Shown here: positions 28,933 to 32,000 of the stretch, piece by piece
Numbering within the stretch: position 1 is the stretch's first letter
Layout: each line of letters begins with the position of its first letter
DNA from: Synechocystis sp. PCC 6803 substr. PCC-P
GTDB taxonomy: Bacteria > Cyanobacteriota > Cyanobacteriia > Cyanobacteriales > Microcystaceae
Direction of reading: 5' to 3'
DNA: 32,000 nucleotides
Assembly: GCF_000284455.1 (NCBI RefSeq)
Contig: NC_017039.1
Coordinates: 810,001-842,000 of the forward strand
Notes under the pieces: generated by a model
Databases searched by the model: none
What the model was told of the DNA's origin: nothing
What the model saw: only the letters and a program-made list of their open reading frames with translations
Translations under genes and position numbers: made by a program

Positions 28933-29655
28933 TTAACCGTCCTGGGAACGGTCATCGAACTGTTGCCGACGGGATTTGCGACGGGGTTGGCTGGGGGGAG
29001 CAACGATGGCGGCTTCCTGGCCAGGGATGACTTCCCCTTTAAAAATCCAGACCTTAATCCCTAAAATGCCGTAGGTGGTCAGGGCGGTGCGGTAGGCATA
29101 ATCAATGTCTGCCCGCAGGGTATGGAGAGGCACCCGGCCTTCCCGAACCCATTCCGTCCGGGCAATTTCTGCCCCATTTAGGCGACCGCTAACTTGTATT
29201 TTGATACCCTTAACTTCGGCCCTTTCTGCCCTTTGCAATGCTTGGCGCACCACCCGGCGGAAGGAAACCCGACGTTCTAACTGTTGACCGATGTACTCGG
29301 CCATTAGAGCCGCATCCGCATCAGCATTGGGGACTTCGATGACATTGACTCGAATCTGACGGGCTGAACCCAGCAGTTTTTGCAAGCCTTCCCGTAGTTG
29401 TTCAATACCAGAGCCGCCTCGACCGACAACTACCCCGGGGCGAGCGGTGTGAATACCCAACTCAATCTGTTCAGCTTTACGCTCAATGCGGATATCGGAA
29501 ATACCGGCATTGTTGAGGGTTTTCTCAATATATTGGCGAATTTTGTGGTCTTCCTGTAAAAGCTCCGGATAGCGCTTGGGGTCGGCATACCAACAGGATT
29601 TGTGGTCCTTAGTGATGCCGAGGCGGAAGCCAACTGGATGTATTTTTTGTCCCAT
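28933..29655 (-). CDS. rpsC: 30S ribosomal protein S3
   Basis: [18 protein letters not shown] is present. Confidence 0.97.
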   Translation of the reverse strand: MGQKIHPVGFRLGITKDHKSCWYADPKRYPELLQEDHKIRQYIEKTLNNAGISDIRIERKAEQIELGIHTARPGVVVGRGGSGIEQLREGLQKLLGSARQIRVNVIEVPNADADAALMAEYIGQQLERRVSFRRVVRQALQRAERAEVKGIKIQVSGRLNGAEIARTEWVREGRVPLHTLRADIDYAYRTALTTYGILGIKVWIFKGEVIPGQEAAIVAPPSQPRRKSRRQQFDDRSQDG

Positions 29656-29684
29656 GTTTTGTATGCGTGACGTGAACAGCGATG

Positions 29685-30050
29685 TTAGTTATCTGCCAAG
29701 GCCGGGGCAACGGCGACGGTAATGTGGCAAGTGGGCTTGCGAATCTGGTAGGCACGACCCTGGGCCCGGGGGCGAAAACGGCGCAAGCTGGGGCCTCCAT
29801 CGGCAAAGGCTTGGCTAACAACTAGGTCCGCTGGTTCCAAACCTTCGTTATGCTCAGCGTTGGCCACGGCGGAGCGCAGTACTTTCAGCACCGGCTCACA
29901 GGCTTTGTAAGGCATAAATTCCAGAATGATCAGAGCTTCCCGGTAGGAACGACCCCGAATTTGATCTAGTACCCGGCGCACCTTAAGGGGAGACATCCGC
30001 ACGTAACGGGCGATCGCCTTGACCTCGGCCGTCGTATCAAGTTTTGTCAT
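29685..30050 (-). CDS. rplV: 50S ribosomal protein L22
   Basis: [20 protein letters not shown] is present. Confidence 0.96.
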   Translation of the reverse strand: MTKLDTTAEVKAIARYVRMSPLKVRRVLDQIRGRSYREALIILEFMPYKACEPVLKVLRSAVANAEHNEGLEPADLVVSQAFADGGPSLRRFRPRAQGRAYQIRKPTCHITVAVAPALADN

Positions 30051-30065
30051 ACTGCTTACCTCTGG

Positions 30066-30344
30066 TTACTTACGCGCTTTTTTATCGCTTTTAGAATGAC
30101 TGCGGAAGGTGCGAGTCGGCGCAAATTCCCCCAACTTATGGCCCACCATTTGCTCGGAAACAAACACAGGCACATGCTGACGACCGTTGTGGACGGCAAT
30201 GGTATGACCCACCATTTGGGGAAGAATTGTCGAAGCCCGGGACCAGGTTTTAACCACCTGCTTATCCCCCTTGTCATTGAGCTTGTCAATTTTGCGGAGC
30301 AGGGAAGCAGCCACAAAAGGACCTTTTTTCAGTGAACGACCCAT
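30066..30344 (-). CDS. rpsS: 30S ribosomal protein S19
   Basis: [11 protein letters not shown] ... [12 protein letters not shown] is present. Confidence 0.97.
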   Translation of the reverse strand: MGRSLKKGPFVAASLLRKIDKLNDKGDKQVVKTWSRASTILPQMVGHTIAVHNGRQHVPVFVSEQMVGHKLGEFAPTRTFRSHSKSDKKARK

Positions 30345-30376
30345 AGTTCAGTTCCAACGAATAAAAACAAAAATAG

Positions 30377-31207
30377 TTATTTGGTGCGACGGCGGACAAT
30401 CAGAGCGCTACTGCGTTTCTTCTTGTTGCGGGTCTTGGCACCCAAAGCTGGTTTACCCCAGGGAGACACAGGCCCGGAACGACCGATGGGGGCCCGGCCT
30501 TCACCACCACCATGGGGGTGATCACAGGGGTTCATCACACTACCCCGGACATGGGGACGACGACCTAAGTGACGCTTACGACCGGCTTTTCCTAGCTTAA
30601 GGTTACGGAATTCGGCATTACTAACTCGACCCAGGGTAGCCACACACTCTTTACGAACCATACGCACTTCCTTGGACGGCAGTTTGATGGTCACGTAATC
30701 TCCTTCCTTAGCCACCACCTGGGCAAAAGCTCCAGCAGAACGCACCATTTGGCCGCCCCGCCCTGCTACCAATTCCACGTTGTGTATTTCACTACCAAGG
30801 GGAATGCGGCTCAGGGGTAAGGTGTTGCCAATTTCAAAGGGGGCTTCTTCCCCAGCAATAACGGTCATGCCTACCTGTAATCCAGCGGGAGCAAGAATAT
30901 AACGCTTTTCCCCGTCGGTGTAGAACAGCAGGGCAATGCGGGCATTGCGGTTGGGATCGTATTCGATCGCCGCTACCCGGGCCGGAATATTTTGCTTGTT
31001 ACGTTTGAAGTCGATAATCCGGTAGAGCTTTTTATGGCCGCCCCCCCGGTGACGACTGGTGATCACCCCACGGTTGTTGCGACCTTTTTGGTCATGGCGG
31101 TTAGTGGTTAATGACTTCTCCGGCTTACTCTTGGTAATTTCAGTGAAATCGGAGACACTTGCCTGCCGAGTTCCTGGGGTCATTGGCCGATAATTACGAA
31201 TACCCAT
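30377..31207 (-). CDS. rplB: 50S ribosomal protein L2
   Basis: [15 protein letters not shown] ... [14 protein letters not shown] is present. Confidence 0.97.
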
Positions 31208-31256
31208 GGGTTTAGATAACAGTTAATTCAGTATTCAGTGGTGGTCTAAACGTGAC

Positions 31257-31562
31257 TTACACGTCAGGGAAGAGTTGGATGCTGTCCCCTTCCTTGAGGG
31301 TGACAACGGCCCGCTTCACTTGAGCTTTGAAACCCATGAAACGACCAACCCGTTTCTTTCTGCGGGGCATACGGGCAGTATTTACCCCTGTTACTTTGAC
31401 GTCAAACAAAAGTTCGATCGCCGCTTTGATTTCCGGTTTGGTGGCTTCAGGGCGCACATCAAAGACGTATTTGTTGTCTTCGAGTTGTAGCGTGGCCTTT
31501 TCCGTCACAATCGGTTTAATAATTAAGTCCGCCAAACGACGCTGATCAATTACCTTACTCAC
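31257..31562 (-). CDS. rplW: 50S ribosomal protein L23 (101 aa from GTG)
   Basis: [20 protein letters not shown] is present. The GTG at 31562 has AGGAGG 7 nt upstream and overlaps the rplD end by 8 nt. The track's ATG at 31619 would overlap rplD by 65 nt. Confidence 0.9.
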   Translation of the reverse strand: MSKVIDQRRLADLIIKPIVTEKATLQLEDNKYVFDVRPEATKPEIKAAIELLFDVKVTGVNTARMPRRKKRVGRFMGFKAQVKRAVVTLKEGDSIQLFPDV

Positions 31563-32000
31563 CGTAAACCTCCTGGATTTTCTCGAGGGCAGTGGCGGTG
31601 GCCACAATGGTGTCTGCAACGAGAACGTCGTAGATATTGAGGTTATCTGCCCGTAAAATTTTCAAATAGGGAATGTTGCGCCCAGAAAGAAAGACATTTT
31701 CTGGAATTTCATCAAGGATCAACAACACCCGTTTTTCTGGTTTGGCACCCCAGCGAGTCAAGGCCGTGGCCAACTCCTTGGTTTTAGGTTGGCTGAATTG
31801 ATCACCAAAGGCTTCCACCACCACCATGTTGTCGGCTCGGGAGGCGATCGCCGTTCTCAGGGCCAAACGACGTTCCTTGCGGTTCATTTTTTGGCTGTAA
31901 TCTCGAGGCTTAGGCCCAAAGATCACACCACCACCCCGCCAGAGGGGAGAACGAATCGAACCAGCCCGGGCCCGCCCCGTACCCTTTTGTTTCCAGGGTT
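31555..32000 (-). CDS. rplD: 50S ribosomal protein L4, C-terminal part (5' end outside window)
   Basis: The frame stays open to the window edge (... [35 protein letters not shown] ...). Confidence 0.93.
   Translation of the reverse strand, partial: PWKQKGTGRARAGSIRSPLWRGGGVIFGPKPRDYSQKMNRKERRLALRTAIASRADNMVVVEAFGDQFSQPKTKELATALTRWGAKPEKRVLLILDEIPENVFLSGRNIPYLKILRADNLNIYDVLVADTIVATATALEKIQEVYGE

Noticed and set aside
31956-31962. A TCGAACC string resembling a tRNA T-arm
   Set aside because: It lies inside the conserved rplD coding sequence and has no surrounding cloverleaf. I found no tRNA-like structure in any intergenic region.

Overview
This is a cyanobacterial chromosomal segment, most likely Synechocystis sp. 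PCC 6803 or a very close relative. I infer this from about 21 copies of the HIP1 octamer GCGATCGC counted by eye and from proteins I recognise from memory; no database was searched.

Layout:
- 1-8.1 kb is a mixed neighbourhood. It holds the gltS 3' part, a small polybasic protein, a soluble GAF histidine kinase (Hik2/CSK type), an orphan minimal nucleotidyltransferase (DUF4269-like), an MsbA-type ABC exporter, a secreted Cys-containing protein, a Uma2 (DUF820) nuclease-fold protein and a TPM-domain membrane protein.
- 8.2-16.5 kb holds housekeeping genes, mostly on the minus strand: tktA, fabF, acpP, two small proteins (one DUF3148/SipA-like), a bacterioferritin paralog (+), an atypical SDR, rplY, purA and a DUF2949 protein.
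- 16.9-32 kb is one uninterrupted minus-strand ribosomal cluster: rplD(partial)-rplW-rplB-rpsS-rplV-rpsC-rplP-rpmC-rpsQ-rplN-rplX-rplE-rpsH-rplF-rplR-rpsE-rplO-secY-adk-infA-rpmJ-rpsM-rpsK-rpoA-rplQ-truA-rplM-rpsI-rpmE.

I found no tRNA, rRNA, CRISPR array, IS element, prophage or recognisable defence island, and no convincing novel multi-gene system.

The best leads are small-scale:
- an unannotated 39-codon one-helix peptide ORF upstream of the DUF2949 gene;
- a Yfr1-like CUCCUC motif plus terminator in the tktA 3' UTR;
- an orphan nucleotidyltransferase with atypical codon usage;
- a bacterioferritin with all ferroxidase ligands replaced;
- several TTG/GTG start codons;
- a strict Ala-Ile-Ala reading frame of HIP1, which can be used as a coding-frame diagnostic.
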